DNA of 64,000 nt from Acidobacteriota bacterium (GTDB taxonomy: Bacteria; Acidobacteriota; UBA890; WLXD01). Position numbers and translations under genes: made by a program. Below, in pieces: positions 18,922 through 28,206 of this stretch. Where the stretch lies: NCBI GenBank assembly GCA_963666055.2, contig CAXWPH010000015.1, positions 2,165,120-2,229,119 on the forward strand, written 5' to 3'. The notes under the pieces are model-generated. The model did no database searches. It saw only the letters and a list, made by a program, of their open reading frames with translations, and was not told where the DNA came from. Within the stretch, counting starts at the first letter, position 1, and every line of letters begins with the position of its first letter.

Positions 18922-19872
18922 ATGTGCCGCCACCCTCGAGTGCGGGCGAGTGCAATCGGCGGGTTTACGCTCATCGAGATGGTGATCGTGGTAGCCATCG
19001 TCGGCATTCTTGCGTCGGCGGCGCTGCCGCTCGCACGCTGGACCGTGAAACGCAATCGGGAGTTCGAGCTGCAACAGAGCCTGCGCATCCTGCGCAACGC
19101 CATCGACCAGTATCGTGATGCGGCGGCCGCCGGCCTCATTCAGGTGGACGAGGGGAACACCGGCTATCCGCCGAGTCTGGACCAGTTGCTCGAAGGCGTG
19201 CCGCTGCTCGGTCAGATGCCTCCGCTGGCGCCGGCGGTCTCCGATGCGTATACCGCTACCGGCCCCGGCCTGACCGGCGGCATCCAGGGGCAGCTGGACA
19301 ACTCGCAGGGCCAGGGCGCCAGCCAGGGCCTGCCCGGATCGCAGGGTCAATCGACTGGTTTTGGCACTATCCAGCCACAGCAGCAGTCCAGTGGCGGGTT
19401 CGGCTCGTTGAGTCGTCCCGGCAACCAGCGACCGGCCACCGGACCGGGGCGCGGGCCGTTCGGCCAACCACAGACAGCTGGCGGGTCGGGGCTGCAGCTC
19501 GGGGGTCGGGCCCCGGCGTCGACAGGCGGGCTGGTGATGCAGGGTCAGCGACCGGGGTCGACGGCGTTCGTACCGGGCGGCAACCCGTTTGGAGGTCAAC
19601 AGGCAGGGGGAGGCCGGTCCGGTCTGCTCGGTGGGGTGGGCCAAACGCAGGCCGCTCAGCAGCAATCGCTGCTCGGGCCCGATGGCCAGCCGGTCAAGCT
19701 GGTCTTCCTACGACGGCTGCCGGTGGACCCGTTCACCGGTACGGCGGAGTGGGCCTTGCGTTGCTACGGTGAGCCGCCCGACGACCGCCTGTGGTGCGGC
19801 AAGGACGTGTTCGATGTTTACTCCAAGAGCCTCGCGCAGGCGATCGATGGCACCCGGTACCGCGACTGGTGA
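18922..19872 (+). CDS. GspG-like pseudopilin with a long Gly/Gln-rich insert
   Basis: Class III signal G|FTLIE, LRNAIDQY, GYPPSL, FLRRLPVDP, VFDVYS...DGTRYRDW. Confidence 0.88.
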   Translation: MCRHPRVRASAIGGFTLIEMVIVVAIVGILASAALPLARWTVKRNREFELQQSLRILRNAIDQYRDAAAAGLIQVDEGNTGYPPSLDQLLEGVPLLGQMPPLAPAVSDAYTATGPGLTGGIQGQLDNSQGQGASQGLPGSQGQSTGFGTIQPQQQSSGGFGSLSRPGNQRPATGPGRGPFGQPQTAGGSGLQLGGRAPASTGGLVMQGQRPGSTAFVPGGNPFGGQQAGGGRSGLLGGVGQTQAAQQQSLLGPDGQPVKLVFLRRLPVDPFTGTAEWALRCYGEPPDDRLWCGKDVFDVYSKSLAQAIDGTRYRDW

Positions 19873-19906
19873 CCGGCGATCTGCGCCCATCGGTGGTGAA
19901 CCAACG

Positions 19907-20965
19907 ATGCGACCAACCGTAGAGACCAACGTTGTCCAGATAGTCGGACCACGCCAGGTCCGGATCGAGAGCGACACACTGATCCTCGAGGGCATGGGGC
20001 AGCGTGAAGTAGCTGCCGAGACCCTCTACACGGCGATCTCGCCCGGCACCGAGCTTGCTGCGTACGAGGGCCTGCAGCCGCTGCGACCCGATCGCAAGTT
20101 CACCAAGGTGGTTGGCTACTGCAACCTGGCGCGGGTGATTGCCGTCGGTGATTGGGTAACGCGTTTCCGCGTGGGTGATCTGATCTTGACCTTGCAGTCG
20201 CACCGAAGCCACTTTGTCTGCGATGACGACGAGATCCTGCTGCGCCTGCCGTATCGCGACTACGACGAGCAACAGCTGGCTGAGGCGGCGACGACGTATC
20301 TGTTCCATCAGGGATACAGCGCGCTGCTGCGCGGAGACCTGAAGCCGGGCCAGTACGTCGCCGTCGTTGGACTAGGTACTCTCGGCTTGGCGACCGTCGC
20401 CGTAGCAAGTCGATTTGGTGCCCGCGTGTTCGCCTTCAGCGACCTTCCATCGGCGGGAATCGCACTCGACGTCGGTGCTCGAATCCTGTTCGGCAAGTCG
20501 CACGATGACGACACCAAGGGGCGCATCGCCTCCAGCACCGCCAACACCGGCATCGACATAGTGGTCCTCACGAGCAGCAGCTGGGACGACCTGCGACTGG
20601 CAATCGAGCTCGTCCGGCCCGGGGGACGCATTTGCTTGTTGGGCTTCCCGGGGCGGCGCCATCCGACGCCGCCATTCAACCCGCTGGATCCGCAGTGGTT
20701 CTATCGCAAGCAGCTGAGCTTGATCTCGTGTGGTTACACGCCCGATGTCGAGATCGACCCGCGCGATATTCGCTTCACCATACGCCGCAATGCGGCGTAC
20801 CTTCTGGAGCTGATTCTCGACGGTAGCCTGCCGGCGCACGAGCTCGTCTCGACGGTGGCGCCGTGGCATCGAATCGGCGAGATCTATGAGCGCATCGCGG
20901 CGCGCGAGGAGGGCCTACGCACTGCCGTGCTGAAATGGTTCGGCGAGGACGCTGTCGATGGGTGA
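19907..20965 (+). CDS. Zinc-binding/MDR alcohol dehydrogenase family protein
   Basis: ISPGTE, VGYCN, Rossmann VVGLGTLG, GGRICLLG. Confidence 0.85.
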   Translation: MRPTVETNVVQIVGPRQVRIESDTLILEGMGQREVAAETLYTAISPGTELAAYEGLQPLRPDRKFTKVVGYCNLARVIAVGDWVTRFRVGDLILTLQSHRSHFVCDDDEILLRLPYRDYDEQQLAEAATTYLFHQGYSALLRGDLKPGQYVAVVGLGTLGLATVAVASRFGARVFAFSDLPSAGIALDVGARILFGKSHDDDTKGRIASSTANTGIDIVVLTSSSWDDLRLAIELVRPGGRICLLGFPGRRHPTPPFNPLDPQWFYRKQLSLISCGYTPDVEIDPRDIRFTIRRNAAYLLELILDGSLPAHELVSTVAPWHRIGEIYERIAAREEGLRTAVLKWFGEDAVDG

Positions 20966-21389
20966 GTTGCGTACGCTTTTCGGACGGTGCCGCGATCGCA
21001 GGCGAGGCGCACCCGGCTTCTCGTTGCTCGAGCTCATCGTCGTGATGGCAGTGCTCGGTATTCTGGTCGTGTATGCCCTCCCGGCCTACCAAGACGCGGT
21101 GTTGCGCGCCCGCGAGGCTGTGCTCAAGGAGGATCTTCAACGCTTGCGCGACAGCGTCGAACAGTACCTCACCGACAAGGGTGCGTATCCGGAGGCGCTG
21201 GATGACCTGGTGCGCGACGGTTACCTACGTAGCCTGCCCGTGGATCCGCTCACCGGCTCGGACGACACCTGGGAAACCGAGGTCGCCCCGTGGATGATGA
21301 TCGATCAGGGGCAGCCTGCCGGAATCTGGAACGTCTTTTCGGGCGCCGACGGGGATGGTCTCAACGGCGTTCCATACAGGGAGTGGTAG
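20958..21389 (+). CDS. GspG-like pseudopilin
   Basis: G|FSLLE, AREAVLKEDL, YP..LDDLV..GYLR.LPVDP, NG.PY.EW. Confidence 0.9.
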   Translation: MGELRTLFGRCRDRRRGAPGFSLLELIVVMAVLGILVVYALPAYQDAVLRAREAVLKEDLQRLRDSVEQYLTDKGAYPEALDDLVRDGYLRSLPVDPLTGSDDTWETEVAPWMMIDQGQPAGIWNVFSGADGDGLNGVPYREW

Positions 21390-21392
21390 CTG

Positions 21393-22064
21393 ATGCAGCA
21401 ACCTGACGGTGGCGGCGAATCCGGCTACACGCTCGTTGGCTTGATGGTGGTGGTGGCGGTGATCAACGTGTCGCTCGCCGTCGCGGTGACGTCGACGCGT
21501 ACCCTCGGGCGCCGGGCACGCGAGGCCGAGCTCATATGGCGCGGCGAGCAGATCGCACGGGCTGTCGGGTGCTATGAGCAAGCCAGCACCGGACAGCCGT
21601 TGACCAGGTTCGAACAATTGGTGGAAGCGGATTGTCTGCGGCGGTTGTACCGCGACCCGATGGTGAGCGACGGTCAGTGGCGCATCCTCCGCCAACAGGA
21701 TGTTGCTGACGGGACGATCGCGGCGCTACTCGGCGCCGTGGTGGACGACGCCGGCGTCGCACCGAGCCTCGCTTCGAGTGCGGCGACGATAGGACAGGGG
21801 TCGACCGTGGGTCCGGGCGCGGGCACTTCGCGGTTTCCGCGGCGGTCCACTTCGCGGTTGGCCGGCGCTGGGGCCGGAGGCGAGAACACAATCGTCGGCG
21901 TCGTCTCGCGCTCCGTAGAGACATCGCTGCGCGTCTACGGCGACAAGACGAAGTATAGCCAGTGGGTGTTTCTCGGCGGCCAGGCGATCGCGGCCGGCGC
22001 TCGTGCACCCCGCGGCGGTGGCGTGCAAGCCGCTTCCGGTCAGGGCCTGACTCCCCGACGCTAG
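21393..22064 (+). CDS. Minor pseudopilin (GspK-like, lacks Glu5)
   Basis: G|YTLVG, REAELIWRGEQ, LRRLYRDPM, IVGVVS, Y..W.F. Confidence 0.82.
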   Translation: MQQPDGGGESGYTLVGLMVVVAVINVSLAVAVTSTRTLGRRAREAELIWRGEQIARAVGCYEQASTGQPLTRFEQLVEADCLRRLYRDPMVSDGQWRILRQQDVADGTIAALLGAVVDDAGVAPSLASSAATIGQGSTVGPGAGTSRFPRRSTSRLAGAGAGGENTIVGVVSRSVETSLRVYGDKTKYSQWVFLGGQAIAAGARAPRGGGVQAASGQGLTPRR

Positions 22065-22122
22065 CGCACGGCGCATTCTACTGTCAGCCAAGCGAGGGCC
22101 CTGCAACCGAGCCCTGGGCGAC

Positions 22123-22151
22123 TTGAAACGGCCAAGGGGGGCACTTACTAT
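22123..22151 (+). promoter_or_regulatory. Sigma70-type promoter for pilB
   Basis: TTGAAA-17 nt-TACTAT followed by an AT-rich leader. Confidence 0.6.
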
Positions 22152-22346
22152 CTTTCTTTATCTTTTAGTGATCATCTTTATGCTTTGATTCGCATAGTAA
22201 TCCTGAGTAGTCTCATTATGACGTTTTCAAGTTTCTAGCGATTCGTACGGGAACGCCCGCCGGCCGTCTATCAAGTGGCAGGGGTCATTCCCTTCAGAGC
22301 CGTTTCTGGAGTCAACTTGGCGGCAAAGAAGCAGCGCACGTTGGAC

Positions 22347-24107
22347 ATGGGCAGCAGAGCGACCGCGGGTCGCAAGGCGGCCAGTGCGACCATTCGACTT
22401 GGCCGCATCGTCGTCGAGTCGGGGTTGGTTTCGGAAGCCGACCTCGAGCGCGCCCTACAGATGCAGACGGAGACCGGCGAGCGACTCGGCAACATCCTCG
22501 TAGTGCTGGAGCTGCTGAGCGAGGAAGATCTCATCGATCTGCTGTCGCGACAGTTCGGCGTTCCTGCCGCCGACCTCCAGAACCTGGACGTATCGAGCAC
22601 CGTTTTGAGCCTCGTGCCACTGGAGATGGCGAAACGCTATCTCGCAGTTCCAGTAGCAGCCGACTCACGGAACCTTAGTCTGGCGATGGTTGATCCCACT
22701 GACGTGGTGGCGATCGATGACATCGAGTTCGCGACTGGCCTGCGGGTCCAGCCGATGGTCGCCTCCGATCACGCCGTGAGCGACGCCATAGGCGCTCTCT
22801 ACGGCGATCATGCCGACGCCAGGATGCGTCAGATGATGACGGACCTCGAGGAAGAGATCCGCAACCCCGGCGACTTGGAGATCGTCGAGGAAGAGGACGA
22901 GATCGATCTTGCGGCGCTCTCGAAGGCGAGCGGCGACGCACCAGTCATCAAGCTCGTTAACCTACTGCTCACTGACGCGCTGCGCCGCGAGGCGTCCGAC
23001 GTCCACATCGAGCCATACGAAAAGCGGCTGCGCGTCCGCTACCGGATCGATGGCTTGCTCTACGAGATCATGGAGCCTCCCAAGCACATGCAACTGGCGA
23101 TCGCCTCGCGCATCAAGATCATGTCTGAGCTCGACATCTCCGAGCGTCGCCGACCGCAGGACGGGCGCATCAAGATCCGCGTCAAGCTTGATGACCGCCT
23201 GCGGGAGCTCGACCTGCGGGTATCGACGCTTCCGACGATCTGGGGCGAGAAGATCGTCATGCGCTTGCTCGACCCCGAGGCACTGAAGCTCGACCTCGCC
23301 GATCTCGGCTTCGAGAAGGCATCGTTGGAGCGCTTCGAGCAATCGATACGACTTCCGTTCGGCATCGTGCTGGTTACCGGGCCAACCGGCTCAGGCAAGA
23401 CCAACACGTTGTACTCGGCGCTCTCGACCGTCAACAACACTGACACCAACATCATGACCGCAGAGGATCCGGTCGAGTTCAACCTCGAGGGGATCAACCA
23501 GGTGCAAATAAACGAGGCGGTGGGACTGACGTTCCCCATGGCGCTGAAGGCGTTCCTACGCCAGGATCCCAACACGATCCTGGTGGGTGAGATTCGCGAC
23601 GCCGAGACTGCGAATATTGCCATCAAGGCTGCGCTGACCGGACATCTCGTGCTCTCGACCCTGCATACCAACGATGCTCCTTCGACGATCAACCGGATGG
23701 TCGACATGGGCGTGGAGCGTTTTCTGGTGTCGTCGTCGGTGCAACTGGTGGTGGCGCAGCGGTTGATCCGTCGGTTGTGCAAGAAGTGCCGGGAGGTGTC
23801 CACTCCGGATCCTGAGGCGCTGGTCGAGATCGGCCTGTCGCCGGAGGAAGCGATGGCCGTAACCGTCTTCCACCCGGTTGGCTGCGACCTCTGCCTCGGA
23901 ACAGGCTACAAGGGTCGCATCGCCCTGTTCGAGGTGATGCGGATCAGCGCCAGGCTGCGTGAGATGATTGTCAACGGCGCGACCAACGAGGAGATCAGAG
24001 CCGAGGCGCGAAGCGCCGGGATGATCACGTTGCGCGAGAGTGGATTGGTGAAGATCTGGCAGGGTATAACTTCGATCGAAGAAGTGTTGAGGGAGACAAC
24101 GCTGTGA
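22347..24107 (+). CDS. pilB: Type IVa pilus assembly ATPase PilB
   Basis: MshEN-like RLG..LV repeats, ASDVHIEPYE, GPTGSGKT, FLRQDPN, tetra-Cys; start uncertain. Confidence 0.95.
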   Translation: MGSRATAGRKAASATIRLGRIVVESGLVSEADLERALQMQTETGERLGNILVVLELLSEEDLIDLLSRQFGVPAADLQNLDVSSTVLSLVPLEMAKRYLAVPVAADSRNLSLAMVDPTDVVAIDDIEFATGLRVQPMVASDHAVSDAIGALYGDHADARMRQMMTDLEEEIRNPGDLEIVEEEDEIDLAALSKASGDAPVIKLVNLLLTDALRREASDVHIEPYEKRLRVRYRIDGLLYEIMEPPKHMQLAIASRIKIMSELDISERRRPQDGRIKIRVKLDDRLRELDLRVSTLPTIWGEKIVMRLLDPEALKLDLADLGFEKASLERFEQSIRLPFGIVLVTGPTGSGKTNTLYSALSTVNNTDTNIMTAEDPVEFNLEGINQVQINEAVGLTFPMALKAFLRQDPNTILVGEIRDAETANIAIKAALTGHLVLSTLHTNDAPSTINRMVDMGVERFLVSSSVQLVVAQRLIRRLCKKCREVSTPDPEALVEIGLSPEEAMAVTVFHPVGCDLCLGTGYKGRIALFEVMRISARLREMIVNGATNEEIRAEARSAGMITLRESGLVKIWQGITSIEEVLRETTL

Positions 24108-25114
24108 AGTACGTAGTGACCGGTGGCGCCGGCTTCATCGGATCGCATCTGACCGAGGCTTTGCTGCGGCGTGGCCACGACGTTGTCGTCATCGACAATT
24201 TGTTCTCCGGGACTCGCGACAACCTTGACGAGGCGCGTGACTCGGCCGGCGAGCATGCCGGCAATCTGACTCTACTGACCGCCGATATCCTCGACGAGAC
24301 AGCCATCCATATGGCGCTCGACGGCGCCGAGGCAGTTTTCCACCAGGCTGCGATCGCTTCCGTGCCGCGTTCGTTCGACGATCCGGCGTCGACGCTTCGA
24401 GTCAATATCGAGGGCACCGCAATGTTGCTCGAGGCGTGCCGGAAGCTAGCGGTGGGCCAGGTCGTAATGGCCAGCTCATCGTCGGTGTACGGCGACTCGT
24501 TGGCCCTGCCGAAGCACGAGGACATGCCCTTGGCGCCGCTCTCTCCTTATGCTTTAAGCAAGGCGGTCGGGGAGGAGTTGCTGGCGATCTGGGCGCGGCG
24601 ATACGGTACCCGCACGGTGGCTCTGCGCTACTTCAATATTTTCGGGCCACGTCAGGACTCAGCCTCCGATTACGCTGCCGTCGTCCCCAAGTTCATCCTG
24701 CGCATGCTCGACGGCTTGTCGCCCATCATCTACGGCGACGGTCGCCAGTCGCGCGACTTCACCTTCGTGGAGAACGCGGTAGACGCCAATTTGTTGGCGG
24801 CCGGCATCGATCATGCTGACCACAGCGAGCCCGCTGCAAGCGGTCGCAATACCGTGGTCAACATCGGGGTGGGCGAGCGCTATTCTCTGCTGGAGCTCGT
24901 CGAGGCTCTCAATGCGATCCTCGGCACCTCGCTGGAGCCCGAGTTCGCGCCTGCTCGCGTGGGCGAAGTGCGCGATTCGCAGGCAACCATCGAGCACGCC
25001 CAGCATGCCATCGGTTATGTGCCCCGAGTCGGCTTTGGCGTTGGCCTCGAGCGCACGGTGACCTGGTATCTGGAGCGCTTCCAGGTTCGCGCCCCGGTCA
25101 CACGGGCCGGCTGA
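24104..25114 (+). CDS. NAD-dependent UDP-sugar 4-epimerase (WbpP/WcaG-like)
   Basis: TGGAGFIGSH, SSSSVYG, PYALSK, LRYFNIFGPRQ, DGRQSRDFT. Confidence 0.92.
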   Translation: MKYVVTGGAGFIGSHLTEALLRRGHDVVVIDNLFSGTRDNLDEARDSAGEHAGNLTLLTADILDETAIHMALDGAEAVFHQAAIASVPRSFDDPASTLRVNIEGTAMLLEACRKLAVGQVVMASSSSVYGDSLALPKHEDMPLAPLSPYALSKAVGEELLAIWARRYGTRTVALRYFNIFGPRQDSASDYAAVVPKFILRMLDGLSPIIYGDGRQSRDFTFVENAVDANLLAAGIDHADHSEPAASGRNTVVNIGVGERYSLLELVEALNAILGTSLEPEFAPARVGEVRDSQATIEHAQHAIGYVPRVGFGVGLERTVTWYLERFQVRAPVTRAG

Positions 25115-25234
25115 ACCCCTCGCCGCATCGCCTATCGACGCGGTGGGTAGGTTCGGCTGACGCGGCCGTCTCAAGTACTTGGTAAACAGGCGACGGGCGC
25201 CCACGGCCGGCCATGGGACGATTTTCATTAGTTG

Positions 25235-25320
25235 TAATGACTTATAGTGATTTTTAATGACTAAAAGTGAATTTAATACTTCAAAAGGGATTTACAAGAA
25301 CTTTAACAATGCATTATATT
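25235..25320 (+). promoter_or_regulatory. AT-rich pilT promoter region with tandem direct repeat
   Basis: TAATGACTTATAGTGA and TAATGACTAAAAGTGA 20 bp apart; TTTACA-18-TATATT downstream. Confidence 0.5.
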
Positions 25321-25366
25321 CCGTTGCAGAGAACTCAACGTTATAGAATACTTTTGAGGGCGTTCA

Positions 25367-26650
25367 ATGGATCTTTCCGACTCCTCCTATGCAGACGCCT
25401 CGTTGCCTGCCGAAGCCACGCCAAAGCTGGAAGCGGTGTCGGGCGCCGCGCCGCTGCCGAGCACCGAGAGGGCGGTAGATCTGGCTGAGCTCTTGCGCCA
25501 GGTTCTGGAGCTCGAGGCGTCCGACCTTCACATAACGCCAGGTGTGCCACCACAGGTGCGCGTCGACGGCGAGCTGCGCCCAATGGAATACGCACCGCTC
25601 GAGCGACACGAGACGCAGGAACTGCTGTACTCGGTGATGACCGAGGAGCAGAGAGCGAAGCTCGAAGAGACCCTCGAGGTGGACTTCTCGTTCGGTCTCA
25701 AGGACATGGCGCGCTTCCGCGCCAACGTTTTCATCCAGCGCGGCTCGATCGCTGGAGCACTACGCCTCATCCCGTGGTGCATTCCGACGTTCGAGGAACT
25801 CGGCCTGCCGCCGGTCATCGCCGACATCTGCCAGAAGCCGCGTGGCCTGGTGCTGGTGACCGGTCCAACGGGCTCGGGTAAGAGCACCACGCTCGCTGCC
25901 ATGATCGATCTGATCAACCGTGAGAAACCGCACCATATCATCACCATCGAGGATCCGATCGAGTACCTCCACACGCACCAACGCTCGATCGTCAACCAGC
26001 GCGAGCTCGGCGCAGACACGCTCTCGTTCCCTGCCGCCATGCGTTCGGTCTTGCGTCAGGATCCGGATTGCGTGCTCATCGGTGAGATGCGCGACCTGGA
26101 GTCCACTGAGCTGGCGCTGAAGCTCGCCGAGACCGGCCACCTGACCTTTGCCACGCTACACACCAACTCGGCGGTGCAGACGATCAACCGCATCATCGAC
26201 ATTTTCCCGACTGGGCGGCAGGCGCAGATTCGCACGCAGCTGTCATTCACGCTGGTCGCAGCCATCTCGCAGACGTTGTTGCGTCACTCATCGGGAAAGG
26301 GCCGCGTGCTCGCGCAAGAGATCCTGATTCCTAACCTGGCGATCCGGAACCTCATCAGGGAGGCCAAGATCCATCAGGTCTATTCGGCGATGCAATCCGG
26401 TCAGGCCGAGCACGGCATGAAGACGCTTACCCAAGACCTGGCGCGCCTGGTGATGAAACAGAAGATTACTTCTGAGACGGCGCTCGGTGCCTCGAGCGAC
26501 GAGAAAGAACTCAGCGCCATGCTCGAGCGTCGCGAGGATGCATCAAAGGGACGTACGCGATTGGACCGTGGGGCTACGGAGCCTGTAGATCTGAACAAGG
26601 GTAGCGAGCCGTCGAGATTGCGGGCGCGACGGATTGGTCGCAGGAGGTAA
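25367..26650 (+). CDS. pilT: Type IV pilus retraction ATPase PilT
   Basis: ASDLH, RFRANVF, GPTGSGKSTT, AETGHL, diagnostic AIRNLIRE. Confidence 0.96.
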   Translation: MDLSDSSYADASLPAEATPKLEAVSGAAPLPSTERAVDLAELLRQVLELEASDLHITPGVPPQVRVDGELRPMEYAPLERHETQELLYSVMTEEQRAKLEETLEVDFSFGLKDMARFRANVFIQRGSIAGALRLIPWCIPTFEELGLPPVIADICQKPRGLVLVTGPTGSGKSTTLAAMIDLINREKPHHIITIEDPIEYLHTHQRSIVNQRELGADTLSFPAAMRSVLRQDPDCVLIGEMRDLESTELALKLAETGHLTFATLHTNSAVQTINRIIDIFPTGRQAQIRTQLSFTLVAAISQTLLRHSSGKGRVLAQEILIPNLAIRNLIREAKIHQVYSAMQSGQAEHGMKTLTQDLARLVMKQKITSETALGASSDEKELSAMLERREDASKGRTRLDRGATEPVDLNKGSEPSRLRARRIGRRR

Positions 26651-26652
26651 CG

Positions 26653-27867
26653 GTGGGGCAATATCAATACAAAGGCGTCGGAAGAGATGGCAAATCCACC
26701 AGTGGCATTGTGGCAGCCCGTTCCGCGGATGAGGTAGCGCGCTTGCTGCGCCGCCAACGTATCCGTGTGACCGCGGTCGAGCCCGTGGGACAGCGACGTA
26801 CGTTCAAGCTGCCATTCGGGATCGGTAATCGGACCAAGGTGGCGCAGGAGGAAGTCGCCATATTCACGCGGCAGTTCTCGGTGATGATCGACGCCGGCCT
26901 ACCGTTGGTTCAGTGCCTCGATATTCTCTCGAAGCAAGCCGACAACAAGGCGTTCGGCGACGTGCTCGCGCAGATACGAAATGAGATGGAGGGCGGCGCC
27001 AACCTCGCGGCCGCCATGGCGCAGCACGAGAAGGTCTTCACCCCCCTGTATTGCAACATGATCTCCGCCGGCGAGGCGGGGGGCATCCTGGACATCATTT
27101 TGCAGCGCCTGGCCAACTACATCGAAAAGTCAGTCAAGCTCAAGCGCGCGGTGAAGTCGGCCTCGATCTATCCCGCCGTGATCATCACGGTGGCGTGCGT
27201 AGTCGTGGTGATCATCCTCTGGAAGGTGATTCCGACCTTTGCCACCATGTTTGCTGGGTTGGGCGCGCAGTTGCCGTTGCCCACCCGAATCGTAGTCATG
27301 GCGTCGAACTTCGTGGGCGCCTACATGCCGTTTCTGATCGTCGGCATCATGGTCGCCGTTTTCGCGGGCCGTAAGTGGTATCGGACCGACACCGGCGAGC
27401 TCATCATCGACTCGATCGTGCTCAAGCTACCGGTCTTCGGGATGCTGACGCGCAAGATCGCGGTGGCGCGCTTCTGCCGTACCCTCGGCACCCTGGTCTC
27501 GTCCGGCGTCCCGATCCTCGAGGCGCTGAACATAACGGCCAAGACGGCGGGCAATCGCGTTGTCAAGGACGCCATCATGGCAACGCGCAAGAGCATTGAG
27601 GCGGGTAAGTCACTCGCCAAGCCGCTGGCGAGCTCTGGAGCCTTCCCGCCGATGGTCACTCAGATGATCGCGGTCGGGGAGGAGACCGGCGCGCTCGACA
27701 CGATGCTGAGCAAGATCGCGGAGTTCTATGAAGAACAGGTCGATACCGCGGTCGAGAGCCTGACCGCGCTACTCGAGCCGGTGATGATCGTCTTCCTCGG
27801 TGTGGTCATCGGCGGGATCGTCATCTCGATGTATCTGCCGATGTTCGACCTGGTCAACAAGATCTGA
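26653..27867 (+). CDS. pilC: Type IV pilus platform protein PilC
   Basis: FTRQFSVMIDAGLPLVQ, GEAGGILD, VGEETGALD, MYLPMF. Confidence 0.95.
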   Translation: MGQYQYKGVGRDGKSTSGIVAARSADEVARLLRRQRIRVTAVEPVGQRRTFKLPFGIGNRTKVAQEEVAIFTRQFSVMIDAGLPLVQCLDILSKQADNKAFGDVLAQIRNEMEGGANLAAAMAQHEKVFTPLYCNMISAGEAGGILDIILQRLANYIEKSVKLKRAVKSASIYPAVIITVACVVVVIILWKVIPTFATMFAGLGAQLPLPTRIVVMASNFVGAYMPFLIVGIMVAVFAGRKWYRTDTGELIIDSIVLKLPVFGMLTRKIAVARFCRTLGTLVSSGVPILEALNITAKTAGNRVVKDAIMATRKSIEAGKSLAKPLASSGAFPPMVTQMIAVGEETGALDTMLSKIAEFYEEQVDTAVESLTALLEPVMIVFLGVVIGGIVISMYLPMFDLVNKI

Positions 27868-27899
27868 GGATTGGCTGATGTTCGCGGTGGCTTGACGCG

Positions 27900-28131
27900 C
27901 CGCCCTACAACGCGGAGAACGCTGCAGCAACAAGGGAGGCAGCATGCCGGGGGCTGGTCGTGAGAGGGGGACGCTCACGGCCAGCCGTCGGAACCGCACA
28001 CACCTTCCGGAGGCCGCCGAGTGACTCGACGGTCAGACGTGCAGGACAGGGTCTGTCGAAAACCAGGGGATCGTAGCGGGGCGAGAGCTACGAGAAGGGG
28101 GTTGCGGCTGGACCGTAGCCCCCTCTTTTTT
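27900..28131 (+). ncRNA. Candidate structured sRNA: hairpin array with purine/GGA-rich loops
   Basis: At least four stem-loops followed by an intrinsic terminator; no convincing CDS; boundaries approximate. Confidence 0.4.
28092..28131 (+). terminator. Rho-independent terminator
   Basis: GGGGGTTGCGG-ctgga-CCGTAGCCCCC followed by a T-run. Confidence 0.75.
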
Positions 28132-28176
28132 CGCCATCCGCTTCTACTCCGAGGCGATCGGATGTTGCCCACAACC

Positions 28177-28185
28177 TGCTAGAAT
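28177..28185 (+). promoter_or_regulatory. Extended -10 promoter for pilS
   Basis: TGcTAGAAT about 20 nt upstream of the start codon. Confidence 0.5.
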
Positions 28186-28206
28186 CCAATGTCGGGGGCG
28201 TAAGGG

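Noticed and set aside
27944-28024. 26-aa ORF MPGAGRERG... with AGGGAGG SD
   Set aside because: No recognisable features, and the SD-like tract is also explained as a hairpin loop; not called as a CDS but not excluded
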